Shown one piece after another: positions 53,576 through 62,857 of a DNA stretch of 64,000 nucleotides. The number at the start of each line of letters is the position of its first letter. Within the stretch, counting starts at the first letter, position 1. The DNA is from Dehalococcoidia bacterium (GTDB lineage Bacteria > Chloroflexota > Dehalococcoidia > Lucifugimonadales > UBA3495), in contig CBDBHA010000002.1 of assembly GCA_965205495.1 (NCBI GenBank), positions 1,452,738 through 1,516,737 of the forward strand. The letters run 5' to 3'. Under the pieces are notes generated by a model that was not told where the DNA came from, did not search any database, and saw only the letters and a list, made by a program, of their open reading frames with translations. A program made the translations under genes and the position numbers.

Positions 53576-53610
53576 GTGGGTTCGGGGGTTGGAATTTTGG
53601 GGGCTGGGGT

Positions 53611-53687
53611 AAGGTCTATCTACAGTTATGTTAGAGAGTTGTCACCGGAAGTGGCAAGGGGTAAGTGTCAGTGATTTGGGGGGTGGT
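53611..53687. repeat. Conserved ~50-nt element, copy C (core 53626..53674)
   Basis: The core is ttatgttagagagttgtcaccggaagtggcaaggggtaagtgtcagtga, matching copy A at 45/49 by eye. On the minus strand it reads TTGCCA-18-TAACAT. Confidence 0.8.
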
Positions 53688-53703
53688 TCAGCGGGCTCAA
53701 CAC

Positions 53704-53900
53704 GAGCAGGGGGTGTTTTGTGCGACCGTCCGTTGGCCCTTCGACGGGGCTCAGGACGAACGGACTGGGTGTAGCCGGGGTTGGGGGTGGTTCGGCGGGG
53801 CTCAACACGATACTTCGACATGCTCAGGACGAGCAGGGGGTGTTTTATGCGACCGTCCGTTGGCCCTTCGACGGGGCTCAGGACGAACGGACTGGGTGTT
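53704..53900 (+). repeat. Hairpin repeat family 1, array of about 3 units
   Basis: Two near-identical units (gcgaccgtccgttggcccttcgacggggctcaggacgaacggactgggtgt) flank a diverged unit. Confidence 0.8.
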
Positions 53901-54105
53901 AGGACTGGTTCGACGGGCTTATCGTGAATCGGGGTGGGACTCACCACGAACGGGGGGTTAGACCGCGGATCAGGTTTTCATGCCCAAGAATACGATAATC
54001 GAAAGGGCCTGAGCGCGTTGGGGGTTATGTGTCCATTTTGGTTGGGCTCTGATAAAATCGGGCCCAGTTTAGGCTGGTAGTCCGGAGCCGCAGGGAGGAA
54101 TCACC

Positions 54106-55437
54106 GTGCCGTCCAAAGAAGAGTTGAAACGCCGCGTATTCCAGGAAATTGATGCCAGGGCCGACGAGATTATCAACTTGTCGAAAGAGATTTTGGGGCA
54201 TCCGGAGCCGGGGTTTCGGGAGGTCAGGACGGCCCATTTGGTGGCGGGCAAGTTTGCCGAGTGGGGGGTACCCTTCCGTTCCGGGCTGGCGTTGACGGGA
54301 GTGCGGGGGGAATTGGTGGGGGGCAGCGCGGGACCGACCATGGCCCTTTTGGGCGAGTTGGACTCGTTGATTGTGAACGAGCATCCCTTCGCGGACCCCA
54401 ACACCGGGGCGGCCCACGCCTGCGGGCACCACTGCCAGATTGGGATGCTGATGGGGGCGACGCTGGGGTTGATGCAGCCGGAAGTGTTGTCGGAGTTGAG
54501 CGGACGATTGGCGTTGGTGGCGGTGCCGGCGGAGGAATACATTGAGATTGAGTACCGGGACGGGCTGCGGCGGGACGGGAAGATTGAGTTTTTAGGGGGC
54601 AAGCCGGAGCTGATACGGTTGGGGGAATTTGACGACGTTGACTTGTCGATGATGGTGCATACCACCAGCAATCCGGAGGAGGGGCAGCTCTGTCTCAGCG
54701 GGACCAACAATGGGACGCTGGCGAAGAAAATCCAGTTTGTCGGGAAGGGTTCCCACGCCGGAGGAGCGCCGCACCTGGGGATCAACGCATTGAACGCGGC
54801 GTCGCTGGCGTTGGCCGCGATTCATTACAACCGGGAGACGTTCAAGGACGAAGATACGGTGCGGGTGCATCCCATCATCACCAAGGGAGGCGAGGCGGTG
54901 AGCGCGGTGCCGGCGGATGTGCGGATGGAGACGTTTGTGCGGGGTAAGACGATAGAAGCGATAATGGACGCCAACGTTAAGGTGGACCGGGCGCTGCGGG
55001 CGGGAGCGATGGCGGTGGGGGCGAAGGTTAACATCCAGACCATTCCAGGGTACCTGCCGCTTAAGCAGGACGAGCAGATGAACGGGGTCTTCCGGCCCAA
55101 CGCCGCGGCGCTGGTGGGAGAGGACAACGTGGGGCGGGTGAACCACCGGACCGGATCGACGGACATGGGTGACATCAGCCACCTGATGCCGGCCATCCAC
55201 CCCTACGTGGGGGGGGCGACCGGGTTGGGGCACGGAGCCAACTACGTCGTTGAGGACTATAACCTGGCGGTGGTGGTGGCGGCGAAGGCCATGGCGGCGA
55301 CGGTGGTGGACCTGTTGGCGGACGGAGCGGCGGTGGCGGGGAAGATCGTGGCGGACCACCGGCCGGAAATGACGAGCCCAGAATATCTCAAGTTCATGCG
55401 GGACTTGGCCAAGGAAGAAACGTTTGACGCAGCGTAA
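54106..55437 (+). CDS. M20-family amidohydrolase (paralog A)
   Basis: GTG start, 443 aa. HPEPGFRE, AHACGHH and GSHAGGAPHLGINA motifs. Confidence 0.85.
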   Translation: MPSKEELKRRVFQEIDARADEIINLSKEILGHPEPGFREVRTAHLVAGKFAEWGVPFRSGLALTGVRGELVGGSAGPTMALLGELDSLIVNEHPFADPNTGAAHACGHHCQIGMLMGATLGLMQPEVLSELSGRLALVAVPAEEYIEIEYRDGLRRDGKIEFLGGKPELIRLGEFDDVDLSMMVHTTSNPEEGQLCLSGTNNGTLAKKIQFVGKGSHAGGAPHLGINALNAASLALAAIHYNRETFKDEDTVRVHPIITKGGEAVSAVPADVRMETFVRGKTIEAIMDANVKVDRALRAGAMAVGAKVNIQTIPGYLPLKQDEQMNGVFRPNAAALVGEDNVGRVNHRTGSTDMGDISHLMPAIHPYVGGATGLGHGANYVVEDYNLAVVVAAKAMAATVVDLLADGAAVAGKIVADHRPEMTSPEYLKFMRDLAKEETFDAA

Positions 55438-56785
55438 CAGGTTTTCCAAAGAGGAACTGAAGCAAAAGGCCTGCGCGGCCATTGAAAGGCGCAAGAAGGA
55501 ATTCATTGGGCTGGCGCAGGAGGTGCTATCCCACCCGGAGCCGGGGTTCAGCGAGGTTAGGACGGCGGCTTTGGTGGCGCGGAAGTTTGACGAGATGGGG
55601 GTAACCCACCGGGACCAACTGGCGTTGACCGGGATCAAGGGGAGAGTCGCGGGCGGCGGGGGAGAGGGACCCAGGGTGGCCATCATTGGGGAATTGGACT
55701 CGTTGATCGTGAACCAGCACCCCTTTGCAGACCCGGACACGGGAGCGGCGCACGCCTGCGGTCACCATTGCCAGATTGGGATGATGGTGGGGGCGTTGTC
55801 GGGGCTGATGGAGCCGGAGGTATTGAGCCAGCTATGCGGGGAGATTGTGCCTTTTGCGGTGCCGGCGGAGGAGTTCATACAGGTTGGGAAGCGGTTGGAG
55901 CTTCGGGAGGACAACAAGATCGAATTCATGGGCGGGAAGCAGGAGCTAATCCGCCTGGGGGAATTTGACGACGTAGACATGGCGATGATGTGCCACACGG
56001 CCAGCGACATGGGGGACCGGCAGTTTGCGGTGGGAGGCACCAGCAATGGGCACATCGTCAAGTACGTGCAGTTCCTGGGGCGAGGGTCTCACGCGGGCAG
56101 CGCGCCGCATTTGGGAATCAATGCGTTGAACGCCGCTTCGTTCGCGCTACAGGCGATCAACGCCAACCGGGAGGTCTTCAAGGACGAAGACACGGTGCGG
56201 ATTCACGGGATAATGACCAAGGGCGGGGAGGCGGTGAACGCGGTGCCGGCGGACGTGCGGCTGGAATGGCGGGTGCGGTCGGGGAGTCCGCAAGCGGTGG
56301 TGGAGAACAGCGGCATCGTGGACCGGTGTTTCAAAGCTGGGGCGTTGGCGGTGGGGGCACAGGTGAAGATTACCAACATTCCGGGCTATTTGCCGATGCG
56401 CCACAACAGCGGGATCCAAGAGCTGTTCCAGATGAACGCCAACAGCCTGGTAGGAGAGTCGCGGGTGATGGTGATGCCGGCGCGGCGGAACCGGGGCGGG
56501 TCGACGGACATGGGGGACCTGAGCCAGTTGATGCCGGCCTGCCACCCGTACACCTCCGGGGCGGTGGGACCGGGGCACAGCGACGAGTACGTCATCACCG
56601 ACTACGAGTCGGCGGTGGTGAATCCGGCGAAGATAATGGCGATGGTGGCGATCGACCTACTGGCCGGAGGAGGGGACCGGGCCAAGGAATTGGTGCGGAA
56701 CCACCGTCCGGCGATGAGGAAAGAGGCGTACCTGCAGTTCCAGCGGGAGCGGGCGCAGGTGGTGGAGTTTGACGGCAGGGGTTAG
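55424..56785 (+). CDS. M20-family amidohydrolase (paralog B, tandem duplicate)
   Basis: It carries the same motifs (HPEPGFSE, AHACGHH, GSHAGSAPHLGINA) and is collinear with paralog A. The TTG start overlaps A by 14 nt and is uncertain. Confidence 0.8.
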   Translation: MTQRNRFSKEELKQKACAAIERRKKEFIGLAQEVLSHPEPGFSEVRTAALVARKFDEMGVTHRDQLALTGIKGRVAGGGGEGPRVAIIGELDSLIVNQHPFADPDTGAAHACGHHCQIGMMVGALSGLMEPEVLSQLCGEIVPFAVPAEEFIQVGKRLELREDNKIEFMGGKQELIRLGEFDDVDMAMMCHTASDMGDRQFAVGGTSNGHIVKYVQFLGRGSHAGSAPHLGINALNAASFALQAINANREVFKDEDTVRIHGIMTKGGEAVNAVPADVRLEWRVRSGSPQAVVENSGIVDRCFKAGALAVGAQVKITNIPGYLPMRHNSGIQELFQMNANSLVGESRVMVMPARRNRGGSTDMGDLSQLMPACHPYTSGAVGPGHSDEYVITDYESAVVNPAKIMAMVAIDLLAGGGDRAKELVRNHRPAMRKEAYLQFQRERAQVVEFDGRG

Positions 56786-56912
56786 ACCGCGGGATTAACG
56801 GTTGAAGCAAAGAGAAAGGGCCGACCGTAGGGTCCGCTTTTTTGTTGGGGGTGGTTTGGGGGAGTTAGCGGGGCAGGGGGATGGGGTTGGGGTTGGCACT
56901 GGGGGACGGAGT

Positions 56913-56962
56913 GGCGGCCGTCCGTGCATCCTTCGACGGGGCTCAGGACGAACGGACTGGAG
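56913..56962 (+). repeat. Hairpin repeat family 1, single unit
   Basis: The sequence is gcggccgtccgtgcatccttcgacggggctcaggacgaacggactgg. Confidence 0.7.
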
Positions 56963-57052
56963 GGTGGTCGGGGGTTAACAGGTTTCGGACTGGAGGGTGG
57001 TGGTTCGGGTTGCCCCGCAACGGACTGGTGGGGTTGGGGTGACCGTTAGGGG

Positions 57053-57622
57053 TTAGAAGTCGATGCTCAGGGAGTCGCCGGCGCGCCAACGCAGCTCGCG
57101 GAACTCGGTGTCCACGGGGGCTTCAAAGACCATCCAGCCGTCTACACCGAAGCCGTTGCGTAGTTGGAAGGCTTCGGTGCGACCGTCGGCCAGGGTGCGG
57201 TTCCAGAGGAAAACGATGTTGCGCTCGGCGCCGGGGTTTTCGGGGGCGCTGACCTTTTCGACCCGTTGGTTGACGTCGAGGGGGAAGTATTTGCCTCGGA
57301 AGAAATCGCGCAGTTCCGCCGCCTTTTCATCGACGTTGACGATGGCGCTGGTAGCGGTGTGGTTTTCGACTTTTATCCTGACCAAGACGAGTTCCAACTC
57401 GGCGGAGGAGGGGAGGATACGGTAGTGGTGGACCGCGCCGGTGGTATCGACGGTGCGGTAGAGGAGTTCGGGAGTGCGCTCCAGCGTCATGAGGTTGAGG
57501 TCCAGAGTCTTGCCCCGGTAATACTTCCCGAAAGACGGGGAGGTCTCGGAACAGGCGGAGAGGAGCAAGGGAACAAGGAAGAGAAGGGGGACGAATACGA
57601 GTAGAAACCTGTGCTTAAACAA
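57053..57622 (-). CDS. Lipoprotein, DUF4352-like beta-sandwich (function unknown)
   Basis: Start refined to TTG 57622 (GGAG 8 nt upstream). This gives (M)FKHRFLLVFVPLLFLVPLLLSAC, a canonical lipoprotein signal with an LSAC lipobox. The track ORF extends to 57703. Confidence 0.7.
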   Translation of the reverse strand: MFKHRFLLVFVPLLFLVPLLLSACSETSPSFGKYYRGKTLDLNLMTLERTPELLYRTVDTTGAVHHYRILPSSAELELVLVRIKVENHTATSAIVNVDEKAAELRDFFRGKYFPLDVNQRVEKVSAPENPGAERNIVFLWNRTLADGRTEAFQLRNGFGVDGWMVFEAPVDTEFRELRWRAGDSLSIDF

Positions 57623-57703
57623 CCGTAATTCTCCGAACAAAGAAATATTGCTTGTTGTGGTTTGGGGAAGGGGAGATTGGTAAGGAAGGCATGGGATGGG
57701 CAA

Positions 57704-58894
57704 TTAGTCCGCGGTGGAAAGGGTTGGCATTTGGCGGAGTTGGTGTACCAGGTCGGCGAGGACTTGGAGCAGGTAATCGACTTCTTCGCTGGTGTTGTCC
57801 TTGCCCAGGGTAATGCGGAGGCTGCTCCGGGCCAGTTCGGCGGTCTGCCCCAAGGCCAATAGGACGTGGGATGGTTCGAGGGAGCCGGAGCTACAGGCGC
57901 TGCCGCTGGAGGCGGCGATGCCGGCGGTGTCCAGTCCCAGAAGGATGGACTCGCCCTCGACGCCTTCAAAGGAGAAATTGACGTTGTTGGGGAGGCGTTG
58001 GTCAGGGTGTCCGTTCAGTCTGGTGTTGGGGATTTCGGCGAGGACCTGTTGAATAATGCGGTCGCGCAGGGCGGCGCAATGAGCGCCGTGGTCCGCGCGG
58101 GAGGCGTCGGCAAGCTGGAGGGCCAGGGAGAGGCCGACGATGGCGGCGATGTTCTCGGTGCCGGAGCGCCGTTCCCGTTCCTGCCCTCCGCCGAGGAGGA
58201 GGGGAAGGTAGGGAGTGCCACGGCGGACGAAGAGGACACCGGAGCCCTTGGGGCCGTAGAACTTATGGCCGGACAAGCTAAGCATATCGACGCCCAACTG
58301 CCGGACGTTGAGGTCGAGAAAACCGGCGGCCTGGACGGCGTCGGTGTGCATGACAATGGAACGGTGCAGTTCCTGGGCGCGCTGTTTGACGGCGGCGGAG
58401 ATTTCGGGGATGGGGTTAATGGTGCCGATTTCATTATTGCCGTACATTATGGTGACCAGGGTGGTACGGCCGGTGATGGCGTTGTAGACGGCCTGGGGGT
58501 CGATGGAGCCGTAGTCGTCGACGGGGAGGTAGGTTACCTCGAAACCGAGGCCTTCCAGGTATTGACAGGAGTGGAGGACGGCGTGGTGCTCGACGCTGGA
58601 GGTGATGATGTGGTTGCCGGCCTCCTGGAGGGCGACGGCGGAGCCGTGGATGGCGGCGTTATCGGACTCGGTGCCGCCGCTGGTGAAAACGACTTCGTTG
58701 GTGCGGCAATGGAGGACGTGGGCGACCCGTTCCCGGGCGAGGTCGAGGGCGTGGCGGGCTTCCTGGCCGACGGTATGCACGCTGGAGGGGTTGCCGTATA
58801 GCTGGGTGAAGTAGGGCAGCATGGCTTCCAGGACCCGAGGGTCGGTCGGGGTGGTGCCAGCGTGGTCAAAATAGATGACGGGCGGGGATGCCAT
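57704..58894 (-). CDS. Cysteine desulfurase (class V aminotransferase, NifS/IscS-like)
   Basis: TSGGTESDN, the [13 protein letters not shown]-lysine motif, and the SSGSACSS active-site Cys loop. Confidence 0.9.
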   Translation of the reverse strand: MASPPVIYFDHAGTTPTDPRVLEAMLPYFTQLYGNPSSVHTVGQEARHALDLARERVAHVLHCRTNEVVFTSGGTESDNAAIHGSAVALQEAGNHIITSSVEHHAVLHSCQYLEGLGFEVTYLPVDDYGSIDPQAVYNAITGRTTLVTIMYGNNEIGTINPIPEISAAVKQRAQELHRSIVMHTDAVQAAGFLDLNVRQLGVDMLSLSGHKFYGPKGSGVLFVRRGTPYLPLLLGGGQERERRSGTENIAAIVGLSLALQLADASRADHGAHCAALRDRIIQQVLAEIPNTRLNGHPDQRLPNNVNFSFEGVEGESILLGLDTAGIAASSGSACSSGSLEPSHVLLALGQTAELARSSLRITLGKDNTSEEVDYLLQVLADLVHQLRQMPTLSTAD

Positions 58895-58929
58895 AGATAA
58901 CCTCGCAATATTGCTAGAGACATTTTAGC

Positions 58930-58969
58930 ATAGGCGAGGGGGAGGCAACGCTTAGAATCCGGCCTTGGA
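58930..58969 (+). repeat. 40-nt direct repeat, copy 1
   Basis: ATAGGCGAGGGGGAGGCAACGCTTAGAATCCGGCCTTGGA matches the copy at 59133..59172 at 38/40. Confidence 0.8.
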
Positions 58970-59082
58970 CAGGGTCTTTCAATTTCCAGGTAGTGGCCGG
59001 TTCGTGTTGAGGGGCAAGCTGGCAGCCCCGGGATAATCGTAGCCAAGGCTGGAATCCGGGGTTGGGGTTAGTGTTTGGCAGG

Positions 59083-59124
59083 GAGTTTTAGACCCCTCGC
59101 TACGCTCGGGGTGACAGAGGGGGG
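59083..59124 (+). repeat. Hairpin repeat family 2, variant (ACCCC...GGGGT stem)
   Basis: The sequence is gagttttagACCCCtcgctacgctcGGGGTgacagagggggg. It lies between the two 40-nt direct repeats. Confidence 0.7.
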
Positions 59125-59132
59125 TCGGGGAA

Positions 59133-59172
59133 ATAGGCGAGGGGGAGGCGACGCTTAGAGTCCGGCCTTGGA
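59133..59172 (+). repeat. 40-nt direct repeat, copy 2 (overlaps the 3' end of the M50 protease gene)
   Basis: The sequence is ATAGGCGAGGGGGAGGCGACGCTTAGAGTCCGGCCTTGGA. It contains the stop codon and last 5 codons of 59155..60255(-). Confidence 0.8.
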
Positions 59173-60255
59173 AGAGCTAAAAGCGCGGACGAAGCGGCGG
59201 GCGTGGCCCCGGTCAATGAACCCCAACAATATGCCGTTCTTGACCACGGTGGAGCGTTCGACGCGCTCGGCGTCCATGTGTTCCACGACGTCGAAGATGG
59301 CCTCGTTGGGAGCGACGCTGCCCAAGTCGGACAGGGGGCGCATGACCTGGGCCAGGGTGGTGTAGGACCAGGAGCCGCGGGCGGCCTGGGCGATTTGGCG
59401 GCGGGTGACGATGCCCTTGACCCGGTTGTCGACGAGGACGCCGACGAAGTCTTCGCCGCCGCTGAGGCCCTGGGCGACCAAGGGGGAAGTTAGCGGTGTT
59501 TCGCCGGGGAGGGCGCACCATTCGGTGGTCATGACGTCGGCGACCTGGTAGGGACGGAGGGACTCGCGGGAGCGTTCCTGGCGGTAGCTGATGGTGGCAG
59601 TCAAGAAGAGGAAGCCGCCGATGAAGGAGAACCAGATGCCGCCCCACTGACCTTGGACGGCCAAGGCCAAGCCGCCGATGATGAGGAGGGAGCCGATGGC
59701 CTGGCCGGTCCGAGAGGCGATTTGGGTGGCGCGCCAATAGCTGCCGGTGACGGCCCAGATGATGGAGCGGAGGACGCGGCCGCCGTCGAGGGGGAATCCG
59801 GGGAGGAGGTTGAAGACACCGAGGACCATGTTGACCAGGAAAAGGCTGGAAAGAAGGGTATCCAGGGAGTGGTTCCAACCCCGCAGGGAGAGCCAGGCGG
59901 CCAAGAGGATGAGTCCCAGGAGGATGCTGGTGAGGGGGCCGACGATGGCGATGAGGAACTCGATAAAGGGGCGGCGGGCTTCGTGGGCCAACTGGGAGAC
60001 GCCGCCGAAGATAAAGAGGGTAATTCCCTTGACCGGGATACCTTCATGGACGGCGACGACGCTGTGGGCCAACTCGTGGGCGAGGACGGAAAGGAAGAAG
60101 AGAGCGGTGGCGGCGACGGCCATGACCCACTGCCAGCCGGGGGAAATGTCGCCGAACTGCCGGGACATTAGGAAGATATAGAGAAGGCAGACCAAGGCCC
60201 AACTGTAGTTGACCTCGATGGGGATACCGAAGATTTTACCCAAGCGTATAGACAT
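59155..60255 (-). CDS. Site-2 (M50) metalloprotease with tandem CBS domains
   Basis: Start refined to MSIRLGKIFGIPI (ATG 60255). HELAHS zinc motif and an LPGFPLDGGR second motif, with C-terminal CBS-like repeats. Confidence 0.85.
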   Translation of the reverse strand: MSIRLGKIFGIPIEVNYSWALVCLLYIFLMSRQFGDISPGWQWVMAVAATALFFLSVLAHELAHSVVAVHEGIPVKGITLFIFGGVSQLAHEARRPFIEFLIAIVGPLTSILLGLILLAAWLSLRGWNHSLDTLLSSLFLVNMVLGVFNLLPGFPLDGGRVLRSIIWAVTGSYWRATQIASRTGQAIGSLLIIGGLALAVQGQWGGIWFSFIGGFLFLTATISYRQERSRESLRPYQVADVMTTEWCALPGETPLTSPLVAQGLSGGEDFVGVLVDNRVKGIVTRRQIAQAARGSWSYTTLAQVMRPLSDLGSVAPNEAIFDVVEHMDAERVERSTVVKNGILLGFIDRGHARRFVRAFSSSKAGL

Positions 60256-60259
60256 GGCT

Positions 60260-61150
60260 TCAGCCAGGGGACCCGGCGGCGTAGCCGATGAGTTTGTAGA
60301 CCAGCTTGGCGGCGACGTAGGAGCAGGAAGGGGGGCCCTCGTTGGGGGCCAATTCGCTGACGTCGAATCCGACGACTTGGCGGACCTGAGCAAGGGCTTG
60401 AAGGAGGGCGGTTATTTCTCGCCAGGACATGCCGCCTGGTTCGGGAGTGCCGACGGCGGGCATTAGGGACGGGTCGAGGACGTCGAGGTCGATGCTTATG
60501 TAAACTTGGGGAGCCAGGTTACCGATGATGGACTGTAGGTAGGAGGGGTCGTCCTGGGGCCAGCAGTAGGCGGGTATGGAGCGTTGTTGGAGGTAGTCGC
60601 GCTCTTCGGGGCACATGCTTCTGACGCCGGCGAGGACCAGGGGGACGGACTCGTGGATGCGGCGGGCGCCGGAAGCATGGCCGTAACGGGTACCCATATA
60701 GCTGTCGCGGAGGTCGGCGTGGGCGTCGAGATAGAGAACGGAAAGATCGGGGTGGGATTGGAGGCAGGCCTGAGCGGAGCCGATGGTTAGGGAGTGTTCG
60801 CCGCCGAGGACGCCGGTAATCTTACCCAATTGCTGGTAGTAGGCGACGGCTTGTTGGACGTTTTGGGCCATCTGTTGAGGGTCGCCGACGTGGGGTTCAA
60901 GGGCGGGGGTGGTATGGATACCGATTTGGGAGATGTCCTGGTCCAGTTCCCAGTCGTAGTCTTCCAAGCCGTAGGAGGCTGCGATGATGGCCTGGGGGCC
61001 GAAACGGGCGCCGGAGCGGAAGGAGGTGGTGCTGTCGTAGGGGACGGGAATCAAGACGACCCGAGCGGAATCCAAGTTGGACTGTTGGGCGTCGAGGGCC
61101 AGGAAATTGGAAGGAATCCAGGCCAAGTTATTGGGTTGGGGCTCAACCAC
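60260..61150 (-). CDS. speB: Agmatinase (ureohydrolase family)
   Basis: Start refined to GTG 61150, overlapping the upstream stop (GTGGTTGA). Mn-ligand motifs are GGEHS, DAHADL and SIDLDVLDP. Confidence 0.85.
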   Translation of the reverse strand: MVEPQPNNLAWIPSNFLALDAQQSNLDSARVVLIPVPYDSTTSFRSGARFGPQAIIAASYGLEDYDWELDQDISQIGIHTTPALEPHVGDPQQMAQNVQQAVAYYQQLGKITGVLGGEHSLTIGSAQACLQSHPDLSVLYLDAHADLRDSYMGTRYGHASGARRIHESVPLVLAGVRSMCPEERDYLQQRSIPAYCWPQDDPSYLQSIIGNLAPQVYISIDLDVLDPSLMPAVGTPEPGGMSWREITALLQALAQVRQVVGFDVSELAPNEGPPSCSYVAAKLVYKLIGYAAGSPG

Positions 61151-61574
61151 TGGACCGTCCCGCTCCCCGGGACTCCAGCACGGCGCGTTGGCCCTGGGTT
61201 TCGGCCATTCCCTGGCGGAGGTTGAGCCATTCCAAGCCACGGTCCAGGAGCCAAGTTTTCACGTCGGTGAGGTCGAAGAGGGACTTGGCGTCGTCAAGGG
61301 CTTGGTCATTATCGAAGGACTTGCACGAGAAGATGTCGATGTTGACGTAGTTCCGGGAGGGGAAGGTGTGGATACTGATATGGCTTTCGGCGATGATGAC
61401 GAACCCGGAGACTCCGGCGTCCTCGGGGTGGGGGCCGTTGTATTCGAGGACTTTGGGTTCGGTGATGCGGGTCATGCCGAGGGCGGAGGGGTAATCAATG
61501 AGGAAGTTGTGGACCAAGTCCTGGTCCCACATTTTATCCACGTTACCGCCAAATCCATCGATAATCAGGTGCAT
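61143..61574 (-). CDS. Pyruvoyl-dependent decarboxylase of the AdoMetDC (SpeH/class 1) family
   Basis: 143 aa. Self-cleavage/pyruvoyl motif [13 protein letters not shown]. The substrate (SAM versus arginine) cannot be decided from the sequence alone. Confidence 0.8.
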   Translation of the reverse strand: MHLIIDGFGGNVDKMWDQDLVHNFLIDYPSALGMTRITEPKVLEYNGPHPEDAGVSGFVIIAESHISIHTFPSRNYVNIDIFSCKSFDNDQALDDAKSLFDLTDVKTWLLDRGLEWLNLRQGMAETQGQRAVLESRGAGRSSG

Positions 61575-61640
61575 TCGACCTCCTGAGTAAATATGCCAGG
61601 GAAACGACGGGGCGACCGAAGCTGGACGACCGGGGATACC

Positions 61641-61669
61641 TTGGCAAAATCAGGCGTTTAGAATATCAT
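61641..61669 (+). promoter_or_regulatory. Candidate sigma70 promoter TTGGCA-17-TATCAT
   Basis: Hexamers at 61641-61646 and 61664-61669 with a 17-nt spacer, about 220 nt upstream of the ABC ATPase gene. Confidence 0.4.
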
Positions 61670-61892
61670 CACTGACAGCCTAAAACAATTGGCCCCTAGT
61701 GGTTTGCCCAGCGCAGCATGAACCGTCGACGGGTTTACCGCGGCTCCTACGAGACTCCTAGAAGGATTGAGGGGAGTGGGGCGAGTATTAGCCGACAAAC
61801 AATCACATCCTGTTCATGACTTCGTTGGCCTGCCGTGAACGGGATGAAGTATGATTAACGGGTAGCCCAAAAAATTAAACGGGCGGTCAGCG

Positions 61893-62855
61893 ATGACGAC
61901 AGAGACCAGCAACGACATAATGATCCAGGCCAGCGGCCTGACCCACTATTACGGGCCGCAGCCGGCCATTGAAGACGTGAACTTTGGAGTGAAGCGGGGG
62001 GAGATCCTGGGGTTCTTGGGCCCCAACGGGGCGGGGAAGACGACCACCATGCGGATTCTGACCGGGTTCATGCCGCCGACGCAGGGGAAGGTGACCCTGG
62101 GGGGGTTTGACGTGGTGGAGCAGTCGTTGGAGGTGCGGCGGCGGATTGGCTACCTGCCGGAGACGGTGCCGCTGTATACCGAGATGCCGGTTAACGGGTA
62201 TCTGAAGTACATGGGGACGCTGCGGGGGATGCCGTCGCGGCGCATCCGGCAGCGGATTTCCGAGGTAATCGACGTCTGCCGGTTGCAGGACTACCACAAG
62301 ACCATCATTGGGAAACTGTCGAAGGGTTACCGGCAAAGGGTGGGGATAGCGCAAGCAATTCTGCACGAGCCGGAAGTGCTGGTGATGGACGAGCCGACCA
62401 TCGGGATCGACCCGATCCAGGTGGTGGAGACGCGGCGGTTGATCCAGGACCTGGGGAAACAGCAGACAGTGGTATTGAGCAGCCACATATTGCCCGAAGT
62501 AAGCATGATCTGCGAACGGGTGCTGATCATCCACCAGGGCAGGATCGTGGCGGAAGACACGCCGGAGAACCTGGCGCAGGGATTGCAGGGAGTGGACCGG
62601 CTGCAAGTGGAAGTGGGCGGGCCTTACGAAGAGGTAATGCCGGTGTTGCGGCAGATGCCGGGGGTGACGCAAGTTAGCCACCGGCGGCAGCAGGACCGGG
62701 ACGTATACACGATACACGCGCAAGAGGACCGTGACCTGCGGGAGGAGATTTCGCGGGTGGTGGTCGGGAAAGGTTGGAGCCTGTTGAGTATGCAGTTGGT
62801 GGGAATGAGCCTGGAGGATATTTTCTTGAGATTGACCACGGAAGAGGAGATTTAG
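61893..62855 (+). CDS. ABC transporter ATP-binding protein (ABC-2 / GldA-like)
   Basis: Walker A GPNGAGKTT, signature LSKGYRQR and Walker B LVMDEP. Confidence 0.9.
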   Translation: MTTETSNDIMIQASGLTHYYGPQPAIEDVNFGVKRGEILGFLGPNGAGKTTTMRILTGFMPPTQGKVTLGGFDVVEQSLEVRRRIGYLPETVPLYTEMPVNGYLKYMGTLRGMPSRRIRQRISEVIDVCRLQDYHKTIIGKLSKGYRQRVGIAQAILHEPEVLVMDEPTIGIDPIQVVETRRLIQDLGKQQTVVLSSHILPEVSMICERVLIIHQGRIVAEDTPENLAQGLQGVDRLQVEVGGPYEEVMPVLRQMPGVTQVSHRRQQDRDVYTIHAQEDRDLREEISRVVVGKGWSLLSMQLVGMSLEDIFLRLTTEEEI

Positions 62856-62857
62856 CG

